This document shows positions 63,683-64,000 of a stretch of DNA of 64,000 nucleotides, in pieces. Under the pieces are notes generated by a model, which was not told the DNA's origin, ran no database searches, and worked only from the letters and a program-made list of their open reading frames with translations. The position numbers and the translations under genes were made by a program. Source of the DNA: an uncultured Candidatus Saccharibacteria bacterium (lineage in GTDB: Bacteria > Patescibacteriota > Minisyncoccia > Ryanbacterales > GWA2-47-10b); contig CAYHJF010000001.1 of NCBI GenBank assembly GCA_964356915.1, forward strand, positions 4,664 to 68,663, given 5' to 3'. Numbering within the stretch: the first letter of the stretch is position 1; every line of letters starts with the position of its first letter.

Positions 63683-63825
63683 ATCTCATACCTCTCTTTT
63701 TGGGAGAACAGACGGTATCTATACCATCCTTTTCTGCAGAATATAATGAATTATTTTGACAAAAAAGTCAATACTCCCCACGCACCGGTTTGACGTACCT
63801 CATCCCCTCGCTTAGATTCGTATAT

Positions 63826-64000
63826 ATGGAAGCGATTGACATCTTTGATCGCCGGTGGCCCGCACTGTTAAAAGAACTGCCGGACATATCTCCTCCCAAG
63901 ACTCTTTTTTTGCGCGGCACTCTCCCACCTCCTGATAGCCTCTCAATCGCAATCGTAGGCACACGCAATCCTACCTCATACGGCAAAGACGTCACTCGCG
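63826..64000 (+). CDS. dprA: DNA-processing protein DprA (3' end runs off the window)
   Basis: Manual translation WPALLKELPDISPPKTLFLRG...IAIVGTRNPTSYG. Confidence 0.88.
   Translation, partial: MEAIDIFDRRWPALLKELPDISPPKTLFLRGTLPPPDSLSIAIVGTRNPTSYGKDVTR

Overview
Bacterial chromosome segment, most likely Patescibacteria/CPR (Parcubacteria-like). This placement is inferred from compact housekeeping genes, rplK without rplA, a secretin-less type IV pilus locus and the tRNA-Ile(UAU)/tRNA-Arg(GCG) repertoire. Core blocks are rpoBC, secDF, secE-nusG-rplK, gyrB-pheST, ligA-gatCA, a pilM-to-pilX locus with comF, recG, a GT2 glycosyltransferase, ftsH, a beta-CASP RNase and the start of dprA. Accessory parts are a nucleotidyltransferase/deaminase/HIT/thyA/folA cluster, a thioredoxin-CcdA-multicopper oxidase operon, a ~10 kb array of small orphan genes between tRNAs, and large orphans near the end. 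The most striking signal is at 53746-53970. There a tRNA-Ile(UAU) gene is interrupted at its anticodon by a 152-nt structured insert that contains a second, complete and divergent tRNA-Ile(UAU). Two other tRNA genes (Met, fMet) carry small multi-hairpin elements ending in a duplicate of the tRNA 3' end. All product calls come from motif recognition by eye; no database searches were run.
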